Shown: positions 30,768 to 43,422 of the stretch, piece after piece
Layout: each line of letters begins with the position of its first letter
How positions within the stretch are numbered: position 1 is the first letter of the stretch
Assembly (NCBI RefSeq): GCF_024298765.1
Contig: NZ_CP101210.1
Direction: 5' to 3' (one strand)
Length of the DNA: 64,000 bases
DNA from: Escherichia coli
Lineage (GTDB): Bacteria > Pseudomonadota > Gammaproteobacteria > Enterobacterales > Enterobacteriaceae
Notes under the pieces: model-generated
The model's input: only the letters and a program-made list of their open reading frames with translations
Told to the model about the DNA's origin: nothing
The model's database searches: none
Made by a program: the position numbers and the translations under genes

Positions 30768-31470
30768 ATGACCGTAACTCGCCCACGCGCCGAACGCGGC
30801 GCATTTCCGCCCGGTACAGAACATTACGGACGTTCATTATTGGGCGCGCCGTTAATCTGGTTTCCGGCCCCTGCAGCCAGTCACGAAAGTGGTTTGATTC
30901 TGGCTGGCACTCACGGTGATGAAAACTCTTCGATCGTCACGCTCTCCTGTGCTCTGCGGACTTTGACACCGTCTTTGCGCCGCCATCATGTGGTGCTGTG
31001 TGTGAATCCTGACGGCTGCCAGTTAGGGTTACGGGCCAATGCTAATGGTGTGGATTTAAACCGAAACTTTCCGGCGGCGAACTGGAAGGAAGGTGAAACC
31101 GTTTATCGCTGGAACAGCGCCGCTGAAGAACGTGATGTCGTATTGCTGACAGGTGACAAACCTGGCTCCGAACCTGAAACCCAGGCGCTGTGCCAGCTTA
31201 TACACCGCATTCAACCTGCCTGGGTGGTCTCATTCCACGATCCGCTGGCCTGTATTGAAGATCCCAGACACAGCGAATTAGGTGAATGGCTGGCCCAGGC
31301 GTTTGAATTGCCTCTGGTAACCAGCGTCGGTTATGAAACGCCTGGCTCTTTCGGTAGTTGGTGTGCAGATCTCAACTTGCATTGCATCACCGCAGAGTTT
31401 CCACCCATCTCCTCCGACGAAGCCAGCGAAAAATATCTCTTTGCGATGGCAAACTTGCTGCGCTGGCATC

Positions 31471-31496
<26 letters not shown>
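30768..31496 (+). CDS. mpaA: Murein peptide amidase A (M14 zinc carboxypeptidase family)
   Basis: ORF 30708..31496; start preferred at MTVTRPRAERGAFPPG (242 aa). Confidence 0.93.
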
Positions 31497-32446
<950 letters not shown>

Positions 32447-32554
32447 TGTTGTCGCGGTGGTCTGCGGATTAAGCGCAAATAGCGTTTGCTGTGTTATTGA
32501 CAGTTAGCATAAACTAGGTGTGACGTTAACTATATGTAAACAGGAAAGATAATC

Positions 32555-33061
32555 ATGTCACAAACCGTTCATTTCCAGGGCAACCCGGTTACAGTCGCCA
32601 ATTCCATCCCGCAGGCGGGTAGCAAAGCGCAGACTTTTACTCTCGTGGCAAAAGATCTGTCTGACGTCACCCTCGGTCAGTTTGCGGGTAAACGCAAAGT
32701 GCTGAACATTTTCCCGAGTATTGATACCGGTGTTTGCGCCGCATCAGTACGTAAGTTTAACCAACTGGCAACAGAGATCGACAACACCGTTGTGCTGTGT
32801 ATCTCTGCCGATCTGCCGTTCGCCCAGTCTCGTTTCTGCGGCGCAGAAGGTCTGAACAACGTTATCACCCTCTCCACTTTCCGTAACGCTGAATTCCTGC
32901 AAGCCTACGGTGTGGCAATTGCTGATGGCCCACTGAAAGGTCTGGCAGCGCGTGCCGTTGTGGTTATTGATGAAAATGACAATGTGATTTTCAGCCAGCT
33001 GGTGGATGAAATCACCACCGAGCCGGATTACGAAGCAGCTCTGGCTGTACTGAAAGCATAA
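32555..33061 (+). CDS. tpx: Thiol peroxidase (atypical 2-Cys peroxiredoxin)
   Basis: 168-aa [38 protein letters not shown]... Confidence 0.96.
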   Translation: MSQTVHFQGNPVTVANSIPQAGSKAQTFTLVAKDLSDVTLGQFAGKRKVLNIFPSIDTGVCAASVRKFNQLATEIDNTVVLCISADLPFAQSRFCGAEGLNNVITLSTFRNAEFLQAYGVAIADGPLKGLAARAVVVIDENDNVIFSQLVDEITTEPDYEAALAVLKA

Positions 33062-33104
33062 GTTAATATGCCTGATGGTGTTGCACCATCAGGCATATTC
33101 GCGC

Positions 33105-34646
33105 TTACTCTTCGTTCTTCTTCTGACTCAGACCGTATTCCCGCAACTTATTGGCAATCGCGGTATGTGAAACGCCGAGACGTTTTGCCAGTTTGCGCGT
33201 GCTGGGATAATTGCGATAAAGCTGGGTTAATACCGAGCGTTCAAAACGACTGGTGATTTCGTCCAGCGAACCTTCCATCGCATCTTCGCCCACGGCTACC
33301 GTTGCGGCGTCATAATCCGGCAACAAAATATCCTGTGGACGCAGCTCATAACCGTCCAGTTGTGTCAGTGCGCGATAGATAGCGTTCTTTAACTGCCGCA
33401 CATTTCCCGGCCACGCATAACGTGTAAGCACAGTATTCAGGTCAGCGGCCAGTTTCGGACGCGGCACGCCCTGCTCGTCGGCAAAGCGGGCGACGAACAG
33501 CTCGGTTAACGGCATGATGTCCTGCGGACAGTCACGTAGCGGCGGCAGATTGAGCGTCAACACGTTCAGACGATAATAGAGATCTTCACGGAACACGCCT
33601 TTTTGCACCAGTTCGACCAAATTCTTCTGCGTAGCGCAAATCACCCTTACATCGACATGCACTTCATGATCTTCACCAACTCGACGGAAAGTACCATCAT
33701 TGAGGAAACGCAGTAATTTCGCCTGCATCCTTGGCGACATCTCGCCTATCTCATCTAACAGCACCGAACCACCGTTCGCCTGCTCAAAGAACCCTTTTTT
33801 ACCTTCCGGAGCATGACCAAACAGTTCACTCTCGACCGCATCTTCCGGTATAGACGCGCAGTTCAGCGCCAGGTAAGGTTTGCCCGCTCGTGGGCTTGCC
33901 TGATGGCAGGCGTAGGCAAAGAGATCTTTACCTGTACCGGTGTCACCCGTAATCAGCAACGGCGCGCTTAGCATCGCCAGTTTCTGCGCCTGTTCGACAA
34001 CATGCTTCATTTTCGGGCTGACGGCGACAATTTGACTGAAGGCACTGACGTCCTGGGCGGCGACATTCTGCAACTGACGGCCCATACGAATCGTCGAGCG
34101 CAACATCACCACCGCACCGGTCAGAACATGTTGATCATTTTCATCCTGAAGATAAACAGGCGTAATCTCCATCAGGAAATTCTGCCCATTAATAACAACA
34201 TGCTCGTTATGCGAGTCTTGCGGTTCGCTTTCCAGCCAGCGTAAAAAATTAAAGCCGTTAATTAATTGCGCGGCGGTATGGTTGCGCAGGCGATCCAATT
34301 TTTGCCCAAAAAGCTGACAGCTCGCCGGGTTCGCCATATCCACTTTGCTTTTCATATCAACAGAAAGCACAGGCTCAGGCAACGCCTCCAGTAACGCGCT
34401 CAACGCCAGATGCTCACGTTCGGAAGGCATCCACGGAACAGTGCGCACATCGGTAACACCTGCAATACGGCGTATTTCGGCCATCAGACTGCTGAAACTT
34501 TCAAATTCCAGTTCGGCAAAATTGAGGTAGATTCGCCCAATGGGGTCAATCTCAATACCGCGTAAATCAATGCCTCTCAGCACCAGTAGATCGAGTAATT
34601 CGCGGGTCAGACCAAGTCGGTCTTCACAAAAGACTTCCAGACGCAT
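33105..34646 (-). CDS. tyrR: Aromatic amino acid regulator TyrR
   Basis: ORF 33105..34673; start preferred at MRLEVFCEDRLG (513 aa); central AAA+ domain (GDTGTGKDL) and C-terminal HTH. Confidence 0.95.
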   Translation of the reverse strand: MRLEVFCEDRLGLTRELLDLLVLRGIDLRGIEIDPIGRIYLNFAELEFESFSSLMAEIRRIAGVTDVRTVPWMPSEREHLALSALLEALPEPVLSVDMKSKVDMANPASCQLFGQKLDRLRNHTAAQLINGFNFLRWLESEPQDSHNEHVVINGQNFLMEITPVYLQDENDQHVLTGAVVMLRSTIRMGRQLQNVAAQDVSAFSQIVAVSPKMKHVVEQAQKLAMLSAPLLITGDTGTGKDLFAYACHQASPRAGKPYLALNCASIPEDAVESELFGHAPEGKKGFFEQANGGSVLLDEIGEMSPRMQAKLLRFLNDGTFRRVGEDHEVHVDVRVICATQKNLVELVQKGVFREDLYYRLNVLTLNLPPLRDCPQDIMPLTELFVARFADEQGVPRPKLAADLNTVLTRYAWPGNVRQLKNAIYRALTQLDGYELRPQDILLPDYDAATVAVGEDAMEGSLDEITSRFERSVLTQLYRNYPSTRKLAKRLGVSHTAIANKLREYGLSQKKNEE

Positions 34647-34793
34647 GGGAACCTTCACCTGAAAAAAGAACAATTAATATGATGATATGACACTATTTGG
34701 ATAGCAGGAAGGTTTCTGTCAACAATGATTGACACAAAGACGGAAAAACGGGCACTTCGGCGTAAAGATATCCGGTCAGCACCCGATATTGCA

Positions 34794-35855
34794 TTATTTT
34801 TCGCTGGGCGTTTTGCCTTTTTGCAGCGTCTCTTTCACCTGACCGATAAGCTGACGACGGAAATCCCCGAGGCGAGGTTTGTCATCTTCAATCCACGGCA
34901 GCGGGCGGCAAAGTTCCATAGCTTTAATCCCCAGTCGTGCCGTCAGAAGTCCAGCACCAATCCCCTGAGCTGCCCGGGTAGACAAACGCGCAGCGAGATC
35001 TTGCGACATCCAGTCCATCCCCACTTCGCGCACCAGTTCGCTGGCTCCGGCGAAAGCGATATTCAGCAATACCAGCTTAAACAGGCGCAAACGGCTGTAA
35101 TATCCCAGTTCAATGCCATACAGCGTGGCGATGCGATTAATCAAACGCAGATTGCGCCAGGCGATAAACGCCATATCCACCAGCGCCAGAGGGCTGACCG
35201 CAATCATCAACGTTGATTCCGCTGCCGAACGGCTGATTTCGCGCCGCGCCTGGGCATCTAAAACTGGCTGGACCAAATGCGCATACAAACTGACCACTTC
35301 ACGGTCGTTTTGCGTTTCATGGATTGAGGCATACCAGCGTTGCAGCGCCGGATGTGACTGATCGATGCCCGCCTGCTGTGCCAGTTTTTCGCAAAATGCG
35401 CGGCCTTTACCCGTGCCGTGACTATGCAATAAATCACGCGCTTCGTCGCGTTCATGGGCGCGCTGTCGCAAGCGCCATAAGCGCCGCCACTCTGTTACCA
35501 CAGAACCTACACCAGCGCCGATAATCAATGCCCCAGCGGCACATCCACCCAGCGCCACCCAGTCCTGGGTTTGCCAGGCGTTCATTGTCCACTGTACACC
35601 CTGCCCGACAACGCTTGCGCCAAACAGAGCCAACCCGCCCATCACCATTTTGCGCCACAGGCTGCGTTTCGGACGTAACGCTGCGTCCATCACCGCTTCA
35701 ACTTGCCCCTCTTCTTCCTGCGCTTCGTCGAGCGTGGCCGGGGCAAAATTTTGCGCCTGATTTTCGTCAAAGGTCTGCTGCGCCCTGAATTTTGGATTCT
35801 GATCGACCTCCAGTGGACCGTCGAAATCAATACGTGGTTTTAACGGTTCGGTCAT
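34794..35855 (-). CDS. ycjF: UPF0283 inner-membrane protein YcjF
   Basis: 353-aa ORF; stop/start overlap with upstream ycjX. Confidence 0.9.
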   Translation of the reverse strand: MTEPLKPRIDFDGPLEVDQNPKFRAQQTFDENQAQNFAPATLDEAQEEEGQVEAVMDAALRPKRSLWRKMVMGGLALFGASVVGQGVQWTMNAWQTQDWVALGGCAAGALIIGAGVGSVVTEWRRLWRLRQRAHERDEARDLLHSHGTGKGRAFCEKLAQQAGIDQSHPALQRWYASIHETQNDREVVSLYAHLVQPVLDAQARREISRSAAESTLMIAVSPLALVDMAFIAWRNLRLINRIATLYGIELGYYSRLRLFKLVLLNIAFAGASELVREVGMDWMSQDLAARLSTRAAQGIGAGLLTARLGIKAMELCRPLPWIEDDKPRLGDFRRQLIGQVKETLQKGKTPSEK

Positions 35856-37249
35856 CGCAATTTATCTCCTATTAAAAATTCCAGCGCAGCATCAAGGCGA
35901 ATATGCGGCAGCGGTTTGTCGACATCCATCACCTGCGGACGAAACGCCTCAAACTGGAAGCCTTGCTTATCCCAGAACGCCTGACCGGGCAAACGAGCGG
36001 GAACTTCGCCAGGATAAACAGTGAGCGGTGCGCCATCGCTGAGTCGATTACCGCGCAGCGCCGGGATTTTCTCACCGTTAACATCAATAATGCCGCTGGT
36101 GGTCGCCTGAACTGACGCCAGCCCCAGGCAGTCCATGCTGATCCCTTCGAACGCCGCATTTTGCCAGGCATCCTGAATCAGTTGTTGCAGTAATGAAACC
36201 ATATTAGCGTGCTGATCGATGGTCACATGGTCCGCTTTAGTGGCAGCAAACAATAGCTTATCGATAACCGGCGAAAACAAACGCCGGAACAGGGTACGCT
36301 GCCCGTAGTGGAAACTTTGCATCAGCTGCGTCAGCGCCAGACGCATATCATTAAATGCCTGTGGTCCACTGTTGAGCGGTTGCAGGCAGTCCACCAGCAC
36401 AATCTGGCGGTCAAAACGCAGGAAGTGATTTTTATAGAATCCTTTCACCACCTTCTCGCAGTAATAATTAAAACGCTCGCGCAACATTCCGGCGTTGGTG
36501 TGTTTATCGGCCTGCGCCAGTTTAGACTCGCCCCAGGCATCGACATCTGGCCATGGGAAGAATTGCAGCGCGGGCGCACCTGCCATATCTCCCGGCAAGA
36601 CAAAGCGCCCAGGCTGAATAAAGTGCAGCCCCTGCTGTTTACAGTGGTGGAGATAATCGGTCCACGCGGCGGCAATGTCTGCCAGCCGGTTTTCGTCGGC
36701 AGGCGCTAGCGGGTCCAGCCCTTCGCACATCATTCGCCATTTCGCCGACCATTCGCCGCGCTGACCATTGAGTAAGCCCGTCATCTGGCGCGACCAGCTT
36801 AAATAGTCCTGCGCCAGCATCGGCAGGTCGAGCAACCATTCGCCGGGGTAATCCACAATCTCCAGATACAGCGTGGAGGTATCCTTAAAGTGGCGCAGCA
36901 GCGAATCGTTCGATTTATAGCGTAGCGCCAGGCGAATTTCGCTGACGCCGCGCGTTGGCGTCGGCCAGGCGGGAGGATCGCCATATAACTGCGCCAGTCC
37001 TTCATCATAGGTGAAGCGCGGAATGCCAAAGTCACGCTGGGGAATGCGTTTTACGCCCAGCAGGCGTTCTTCACGCACCGCACTTAATAGCGGCAAACGT
37101 GCTCCGGCATGAATATTGAGCAACTGATTAACCATCGCGGTGATAAACGCTGTTTTGCCGCTGCGGCTAAGTCCGGTTACAGCGAGGCGCAGATGTCTGT
37201 CGACACCCCGATTCACCAGCGCATTAAGTTCATTTTTAAGTCGCTTCAT
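35852..37249 (-). CDS. ycjX: P-loop NTPase YcjX
   Basis: ORF 35852..37330; start preferred at [15 protein letters not shown] (465 aa); Walker A GLSRSGKT. Confidence 0.9.
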   Translation of the reverse strand: MKRLKNELNALVNRGVDRHLRLAVTGLSRSGKTAFITAMVNQLLNIHAGARLPLLSAVREERLLGVKRIPQRDFGIPRFTYDEGLAQLYGDPPAWPTPTRGVSEIRLALRYKSNDSLLRHFKDTSTLYLEIVDYPGEWLLDLPMLAQDYLSWSRQMTGLLNGQRGEWSAKWRMMCEGLDPLAPADENRLADIAAAWTDYLHHCKQQGLHFIQPGRFVLPGDMAGAPALQFFPWPDVDAWGESKLAQADKHTNAGMLRERFNYYCEKVVKGFYKNHFLRFDRQIVLVDCLQPLNSGPQAFNDMRLALTQLMQSFHYGQRTLFRRLFSPVIDKLLFAATKADHVTIDQHANMVSLLQQLIQDAWQNAAFEGISMDCLGLASVQATTSGIIDVNGEKIPALRGNRLSDGAPLTVYPGEVPARLPGQAFWDKQGFQFEAFRPQVMDVDKPLPHIRLDAALEFLIGDKLR

Positions 37250-37403
37250 TGCTGTCCTGTGCTGCTCTGAAGACCAGAAAAAAATCATTCGTAAGGATAT
37301 GAATGTGGGGGCCAGGCCATTGATTATCAACTGCCCGTGTTGTCATCGACGGGCGAACTCCATAAGATGTGCAACATTCACGTTCGGACGGAGTTCCTGA
37401 CCT

Positions 37404-38402
37404 ATGTCCCCTACTATTTATGATATTGCCAGGGTTGCAGGCGTATCAAAATCCACCGTATCACGCGTGCTGAATAAGCAAACCAATATCTCCCCGGAAG
37501 CGCGCGAAAAAGTGTTACGGGCCATTGAAGAATTACAGTATCAACCAAACAAGCTGGCACGCGCGCTGACCTCTTCGGGTTTTGATGCCATTATGGTGAT
37601 TTCTACCCGTTCGACCAAAACTACGGCGGGTAATCCGTTTTTCTCGGAAGTTTTACATGCCATCACCGCCAAAGCTGAAGAAGAAGGTTTCGACGTGATA
37701 TTGCAGACGTCGCACAACCTGGCAGAAGACTTACAAAAATGCGAAAGCAAAATTAAGCAGAAAATGATTAAAGGCATTATTATGCTAAGTTCGCCAGCGG
37801 ATGAGTCATTTTTTGCCCAACTCGATAAATATGATATTCCGGTGGTGGTAATTGGCAAAGTTGAAGGTCAATATGCCCATGTTTATTCTGTCGATACCGA
37901 TAATTTTGGCGACAGCATTGCGTTGACCGATGCGTTAATTGAAAGTGGGCATCAAAATATTGCCTGCCTGCATGCTCCGCTTGATGTCCATGTCTCGGTT
38001 GACCGCGTTAATGGCTATAAGCAAAGTCTGGCTGCGCATAATATTGCAGTGCGTGATGAATGGATTGTTGACGGCGGTTATACCCATGAAACAGCCTTGC
38101 AAGCCGCACGGCAATTATTAAGCCAGTCGCCGTTGCCAGAAGCCGTATTTGCCACTGACAGCCTGAAATTAATGAGCATTTATCGTGCGGCAGCAGAGAA
38201 AAATATTGCTATTCCGCAGCAGTTAGCGGTGGTGGGCTATAGCAATGAAACGCTGTCATTTATTTTAACGCCTGCACCAGGCGGCATCGATGTTCCGACG
38301 CAGGAGTTAGGTCAACAAAGCTGCGAGTTATTATTCCAGCTAATTGCCGGAAAACCGTCACCACAAAATATTACCGTTGCTACGCATATGTCGTTGAAAT
38401 AA
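37404..38402 (+). CDS. ycjW: LacI-family transcriptional repressor YcjW
   Basis: 332-aa ORF; N-terminal LacI HTH ([21 protein letters not shown]). Confidence 0.93.
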   Translation: MSPTIYDIARVAGVSKSTVSRVLNKQTNISPEAREKVLRAIEELQYQPNKLARALTSSGFDAIMVISTRSTKTTAGNPFFSEVLHAITAKAEEEGFDVILQTSHNLAEDLQKCESKIKQKMIKGIIMLSSPADESFFAQLDKYDIPVVVIGKVEGQYAHVYSVDTDNFGDSIALTDALIESGHQNIACLHAPLDVHVSVDRVNGYKQSLAAHNIAVRDEWIVDGGYTHETALQAARQLLSQSPLPEAVFATDSLKLMSIYRAAAEKNIAIPQQLAVVGYSNETLSFILTPAPGGIDVPTQELGQQSCELLFQLIAGKPSPQNITVATHMSLK

Positions 38403-38408
38403 ATGTAT

Positions 38409-38438
38409 GCCGGATTTGGCGCTCGCCCCGCATCCGGC
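38409..38438. repeat. REP-like palindromic unit between ycjW and ompG
   Basis: gccggatttggcgctcgccccgcatccggc. Confidence 0.6.
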
Positions 38439-38452
38439 AATTTAGCACAATA

Positions 38453-39358
38453 TCAGAACGAGTAATTCACCCCAACACCCGCATAATGGAATTTATCGCT
38501 GTCGCCTTCGTCGTGATCCTGCCACTCAAACGCGTATTCCAGCGAAACGGAAAGACCATTCTGGAAATCATAACCGTAAAATAACCCCACACGGTTAAAA
38601 TCATGGCCTTCACGTTCAATATCATCCTGCCAGTCCCAGTTACTCCAGCGATCCAGCCCAATGCGCGTATACGGCGTCACCGAGTGGTTGCCGAGCGTCA
38701 GCGGCAAATAGGCGCGAATTTCTTGCGTGGAAAACTCACCGTTATTGCGGCTATCATCCATATTGAAACCGCGCTCGAGATAATAGTTCACTCGCAAGGC
38801 AACCGTTTCGTTGAAGGTATATTGCAGACCCGTTTCCGTTTCGACACGGGTATCAGCATAACCGGTCGTATTCAGATCGTTGGCAAATTTATACATCGAC
38901 AGCCAACCGTTGAAACGTAAATCGTCAGTCAGTTTCACATCCCAGTCTGGCGCAATTTTCCAGCGCTGCATATTCGCCGTGTCTTTACCCGGTTCATCAA
39001 CGTAGTGATAACCATAATTACGGAAACCACCAGTCAGACCGAAACTGAAATCATCGCTTTCGAGGAACTGATAATGTACCTCCAGCTCCGGGCGATCAAA
39101 CCACGTTCCACGTTTACCCGCGCTATAATCTACCGGCCCTTCCTGATAATAGGCCAGAGAAATTCTCCACGGCCCGTTGGCGGCATTAAAATAGACAGAA
39201 GGCTCCGCCAGCCCATCCATATCTTCGCCATAACCCTCGACGTTTTCTATTTCGTACATCGCGCCGATATTAAAGTGCCAGTCGTTCTTTTCCTCGGCCT
39301 GTGCGCAGGCCATTCCCGCACACATCACCAGTGCGGTACAGGGTAATAATTTTTTCAT
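38453..39358 (-). CDS. ompG: Outer membrane porin OmpG
   Basis: 301-aa ORF with signal peptide and beta-barrel pattern ending in F. Confidence 0.94.
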   Translation of the reverse strand: MKKLLPCTALVMCAGMACAQAEEKNDWHFNIGAMYEIENVEGYGEDMDGLAEPSVYFNAANGPWRISLAYYQEGPVDYSAGKRGTWFDRPELEVHYQFLESDDFSFGLTGGFRNYGYHYVDEPGKDTANMQRWKIAPDWDVKLTDDLRFNGWLSMYKFANDLNTTGYADTRVETETGLQYTFNETVALRVNYYLERGFNMDDSRNNGEFSTQEIRAYLPLTLGNHSVTPYTRIGLDRWSNWDWQDDIEREGHDFNRVGLFYGYDFQNGLSVSLEYAFEWQDHDEGDSDKFHYAGVGVNYSF

Positions 39359-39402
39359 TATTGTTCCTTGTATTATCCTGGGGGAATGCCTTCCCCCTGT
39401 AT

Positions 39403-40485
39403 TTAGCGAATTGCTATTTCCGTTTCTGCATCAAAGAAATGACATTTAGTCATATCAAAATGAATAGTGATATTTTCTCCTGCATGATAATCATTTAACG
39501 CACCAGCACGGACCACCAGTTCGTGCCCCCCAACCGTGGTGTAGAGCATAAATTCAGCACCGGTTAATTCTGCCACGCTAATTTTGGCGGAAATGTTATT
39601 TTCCTCTTGCGCTTGCGGCTGAATATCTTCCGGGCGTATTCCCATCACAATGGGCTTATGCAAACTTTCCTGTGTTTTCAGAACCGCTAATTTCTCCTCG
39701 GGAATGGTTAATTTAAGCGTTTCCGTAACGAATTTATCGCCATCAATCGTGCCGCGAATAAAATTCATTGCAGGTGATCCTATAAATCCGGCAACAAACA
39801 TATTCGCGGGTTGGTTATAAACCGTTTTCGGCGCACCTACTTGCTGAACAATCCCATCCTTCATAATCACAATCCGCGTCGCCATGGTCATCGCTTCGGT
39901 CTGATCGTGGGTCACGTAGATCATGGTGGTGTTCAGTTTCTGATGCAGCTTGCTGATCTCTGCGCGCATTTGCACGCGCAGCTTGGCATCCAGGTTAGAG
40001 AGCGGCTCATCCATTAAAAACACGCCCGCTTCGCGCACAATCGCCCGCCCAAGCGCCACTCGCTGACGTTGCCCGCCGGAAAGCGCGCCCGGCTTGCGTT
40101 TCAGGTACTCACGCAGGCCGAGAATTTGCGCCGCCCAGTTCACCCGCTCATCAATCACCTCTCTGGCGATTTTTTGCATCTTCAGGCCAAACGCCATGTT
40201 GTCGTAGACCGTCATATGCGGATACAGCGCGTAGTTCTGGAACACCATCGCGATATTGCGTGCTTTGGCTGGAACGTCATTCATTCGTTTGCCGTCGATC
40301 AACAGATCACCGCCGCTGATCTCCTCAAGCCCGGCAATCATACGCAGGGTGGTCGATTTACCGCAGCCCGACGGGCCGACAAACACGATGAACTCTTTAT
40401 CGGCAATCTCCAGGCTGAAGTCCTTCACCACATGCACCTGGTTATCGTAGATCTTTTGAATATGTTGTAACGAAAGCTGTGCCAT
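39403..40485 (-). CDS. ycjV: ABC transporter ATP-binding protein YcjV (MalK-like), intact
   Basis: 360-aa ORF; Walker A GPSGCGKST, signature LSGGQRQR, Walker B FLMDEPLSNLD. Confidence 0.9.
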   Translation of the reverse strand: MAQLSLQHIQKIYDNQVHVVKDFSLEIADKEFIVFVGPSGCGKSTTLRMIAGLEEISGGDLLIDGKRMNDVPAKARNIAMVFQNYALYPHMTVYDNMAFGLKMQKIAREVIDERVNWAAQILGLREYLKRKPGALSGGQRQRVALGRAIVREAGVFLMDEPLSNLDAKLRVQMRAEISKLHQKLNTTMIYVTHDQTEAMTMATRIVIMKDGIVQQVGAPKTVYNQPANMFVAGFIGSPAMNFIRGTIDGDKFVTETLKLTIPEEKLAVLKTQESLHKPIVMGIRPEDIQPQAQEENNISAKISVAELTGAEFMLYTTVGGHELVVRAGALNDYHAGENITIHFDMTKCHFFDAETEIAIR

Positions 40486-40498
40486 GTTGATTCCTTTG

Positions 40499-41158
40499 CT
40501 ATACGTTTTGCCAGAAGGCCGATAACCGCGGCCAGGTCAGGGAGTCCGTTGAGGGCAACAATAATTGCGCCCCGGTTAAGCCCGCGCCGATCCCCACCGA
40601 GCGCATACCGCTGGCGTTAATGGCGTCAATGCCCGCCTGCGCATCTTCAATGCCGATACATGCCTGCGGCGGCACGCCCAGTCCGGCACAGGCGGCGAGA
40701 AAGATTTCCGGGTCCGGTTTCGAGTTTTTAAGTTGGGAAGCGTCCGCGCAGAAGGTGAAAAACTCGCGCAGCTCCAGCGCTGCTAAAATCGTCGGCGCAT
40801 TCAGGGAGACAGAAGCCAGCCCTATAGGGATCTGCTGTGCACGGAGATCTGCCAGCAAATTGCGAATGCCGGGCAGCACAGCATTAACCGTCAGTTCGCG
40901 CAGTGAGTGGACGTAGAGCAGATTTTTGCGATACGCCAGTTGAGCCCTCTCCTGCGGGTTAAAGTCGCCCTCTTTGCCCCCGTGTTGCAGAATGCGCCGC
41001 AGAGACTCATCGCGGCTGATCCCTTTTAGGGATTCGTTAAACTGCGCATCAATGCTGATGCCAATTTCAGCGGCAATCTGCTGCCACGCCTTGAAATGCA
41101 GATGCGCGGTATCGGTGATTACACCATCCAGATCGAAAATTACCCCTTGCAGTTTCAT
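40499..41158 (-). CDS. ycjU: Beta-phosphoglucomutase (HAD superfamily)
   Basis: 219-aa ORF; HAD motif [11 protein letters not shown]. Confidence 0.93.
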   Translation of the reverse strand: MKLQGVIFDLDGVITDTAHLHFKAWQQIAAEIGISIDAQFNESLKGISRDESLRRILQHGGKEGDFNPQERAQLAYRKNLLYVHSLRELTVNAVLPGIRNLLADLRAQQIPIGLASVSLNAPTILAALELREFFTFCADASQLKNSKPDPEIFLAACAGLGVPPQACIGIEDAQAGIDAINASGMRSVGIGAGLTGAQLLLPSTDSLTWPRLSAFWQNV

Positions 41159-43422
41159 TCATCCTCCTGATGCGTGGTAGCGGTCCCATTGAAGGGCAAA
41201 ATAAAATCACCCAAACAGAAAACAGATTCTTCAGCCACAGATATAAGCTGCCCGTTCAAACGCAGTGAAACGGGCGCAGAAGTTCGAATCGCAATACGCT
41301 GCGCGTCGAGAGTGACCTGTAATTCGCAGCCCTGCCAGAACAGAGGGAAAGACAACTGTTGCCACTGCTCAGGTAACGCTGGATTGAGATGCAATTCACC
41401 GTTACGCACGCTCACCCCGGCAAAACCCTGAATCGCCCCCAGCCAAATAGCGCCAGTTGCGGCTGCGTGGATACCGTCATCACAGCTATGCGGATCAGCA
41501 CCAAGATCGATTTCAGTCCCCTCCCGCCAGAACTGATAACTTTGCGCCAACAGGCCACAGCGTGCGGCAACAATGCCGTGGATCGCTTTACTCAGTGAAG
41601 AGTCGTGAATGGTGCGCGGTTCATAAAATTGCAGATTGGCAAGACACGATGCCGCTGAGTACTGCTCCGGCAGCATGTAATTGAGCATCACCACATCAGC
41701 TTGTTTGAGGATCTGCATCTCGTTCACTTCTGCGCGTGAATAATCCAGCAGAATGGTTTGCTTCCCCGCCGCCGCTTTGTATTTCGCCAGATTAATCGCT
41801 GGTTTCGCCATAAACGAATCATCCTGCGGCAAAACGCCGTCAGGCTGAATTTCTGGCAGCCGCAGTTCTTTGAGGAATATTTCGGCACGATGAATAAACG
41901 CGTCGTCGCTACAACCAAACTGACGAGCGATATTCAGCGCCTGCTGGACGTTGTAATACGCCATATAGCTGGTGAAGGCGTTATTATTGACATGTTCGGT
42001 ATATTCGTCTGGCCCAATAACATCATGAATTTCCAGACGGTCGTTAACCCTCACCGTGCGGCTAATCCAGAACTTTGCAGTTTCCAGAAGTAGCGCCATG
42101 CCTTCATGAGCAATGAAACTTTCATCCCCCGTGGTCTGCCAGTATTGAACAACCGCCCAGGCGATATCGGCGACCAGATGATGTTCCGCCTGCGCCGAGG
42201 CCACTTTTTGCCGCAGCCCGGTGCGAATGTTAATGGCGGCAAATTCCGGCGTCTCTTCTTCGCCGCTGCGCGCGCTTTCCCACGGAAATAGCGCGCCCTG
42301 CCAGCCGTTGCGTCGCGCTTTCTCCTGCGCGCCTGGCAAGTTGTGCCAGCGATAACGCAGTAAACTTCGGGCAACCGTCGGATCGCTAAACAGATGAAAC
42401 GGCAGTAAAAATACTTCCGTATCCCAGAAAACGTGGCCTTTGTAGCCTTCCCCGGTCAAACCTTTTGCCGCAATACTGCTGCGCTCGTCGTGAGCAGGCG
42501 TCATGATGCGTAGGTGATAAAGCGCATAATCTAACGCTTGCTGATCGTGCGCATCGCCACCGTTTACCGTGATACGACGTTTCTGCCACCATTGACGCCA
42601 GTTTTCTGTGGATGCTGCAAGAAGTTGGTCGTAACTCTGCTGTACATACATTTCAAGCTGACGAAGCGATGCACTGCCCCACTCGTCTAAAGCGACGAGT
42701 CTGTCGTCCCGCCAGTCGATCCACACCCGTTTTTGCAGCGTCAGCGTTTCGCCTGCGTGAAGTTGCGCACTGGTATGTTGCAGCAAGCGGCGCTCTTTGG
42801 CGGTATAGCATTGCTGCACATCACCGCTCACCTTACAGCAACAGCTGATGGCCACATCACTGCGCCCATCCTGGGTGGTGTAGATCCCCTGCATCAGATG
42901 CTGACCAAATACCCGCAACTGGGTTTCGTCGAGATGTTGGCGACCGTGGTTGGTTTGCGTGGCGTCAATGCCTGTTGAAATCAGCACTAACGCGTCGGCG
43001 TCCAGTGGCGTAATAGTGATTTCCAGCGCAATGAGCGGCAGTTGGTCTGCCGAAACAAAGCGACGGCTGACGATGGTGTAACGCGCGCCGTTACTGGTAC
43101 ACCAGACAACGTTGCGGCGTAATTCGCCACTGGCAAAGTCAAGCTCACGCTGCCAGGCTTCGCGGGATAACGAGAAAACCTCACCATTTATGGCAATCTC
43201 CATCCCCACGACATCAGGCAGGTTCACCAGTTCGTTGATTTCACCCTTACCCGCTCGATGATACAGCCCCGCCAGATACATGCCGCGCGTCTGGCGCGTG
43301 TAATCTTCTTCATGGCTGGCGCGAAGCCCAAGATAGCCGTTCCCCTGCGCCATCAGTGAAGCATACTTGTTCAGGGTATGCTGGCTGAAATGGGGTTCTG
43401 ATAACGTTACTGGCCTGGTCAT
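41155..43422 (-). CDS. ycjT: Kojibiose phosphorylase (GH65 family)
   Basis: 755-aa ORF; stop overlaps the ycjU start (ATGA). Confidence 0.93.
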   Translation of the reverse strand: MTRPVTLSEPHFSQHTLNKYASLMAQGNGYLGLRASHEEDYTRQTRGMYLAGLYHRAGKGEINELVNLPDVVGMEIAINGEVFSLSREAWQRELDFASGELRRNVVWCTSNGARYTIVSRRFVSADQLPLIALEITITPLDADALVLISTGIDATQTNHGRQHLDETQLRVFGQHLMQGIYTTQDGRSDVAISCCCKVSGDVQQCYTAKERRLLQHTSAQLHAGETLTLQKRVWIDWRDDRLVALDEWGSASLRQLEMYVQQSYDQLLAASTENWRQWWQKRRITVNGGDAHDQQALDYALYHLRIMTPAHDERSSIAAKGLTGEGYKGHVFWDTEVFLLPFHLFSDPTVARSLLRYRWHNLPGAQEKARRNGWQGALFPWESARSGEEETPEFAAINIRTGLRQKVASAQAEHHLVADIAWAVVQYWQTTGDESFIAHEGMALLLETAKFWISRTVRVNDRLEIHDVIGPDEYTEHVNNNAFTSYMAYYNVQQALNIARQFGCSDDAFIHRAEIFLKELRLPEIQPDGVLPQDDSFMAKPAINLAKYKAAAGKQTILLDYSRAEVNEMQILKQADVVMLNYMLPEQYSAASCLANLQFYEPRTIHDSSLSKAIHGIVAARCGLLAQSYQFWREGTEIDLGADPHSCDDGIHAAATGAIWLGAIQGFAGVSVRNGELHLNPALPEQWQQLSFPLFWQGCELQVTLDAQRIAIRTSAPVSLRLNGQLISVAEESVFCLGDFILPFNGTATTHQEDE
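41173..41189 (-). promoter_or_regulatory. Copy 1 of a 17-nt repeat (gene-sense ATGGGACCGCTACCACG), 17-33 nt upstream of the ycjU start inside the ycjT 3' end
   Basis: Exact 17-mer also at 51101..51117 upstream of ycjM; imperfect dyad (TGG.A..CG..T.CCA); candidate LacI-type (YcjW) operator. Confidence 0.45.

Noticed and set aside
36308-36709. Antisense ORFs of 60-180 aa inside ycjX, ycjT, ycjS, ycjQ, ycjO, ycjN, puuC, puuB, puuE, ydbK and mppA (for example 36308..36709, 43743..44237, 45741..46277, 47467..47931)
   Set aside because: Each is embedded antisense in a confidently assigned gene; such frames are expected by chance in GC-rich coding DNA and show no independent signals.
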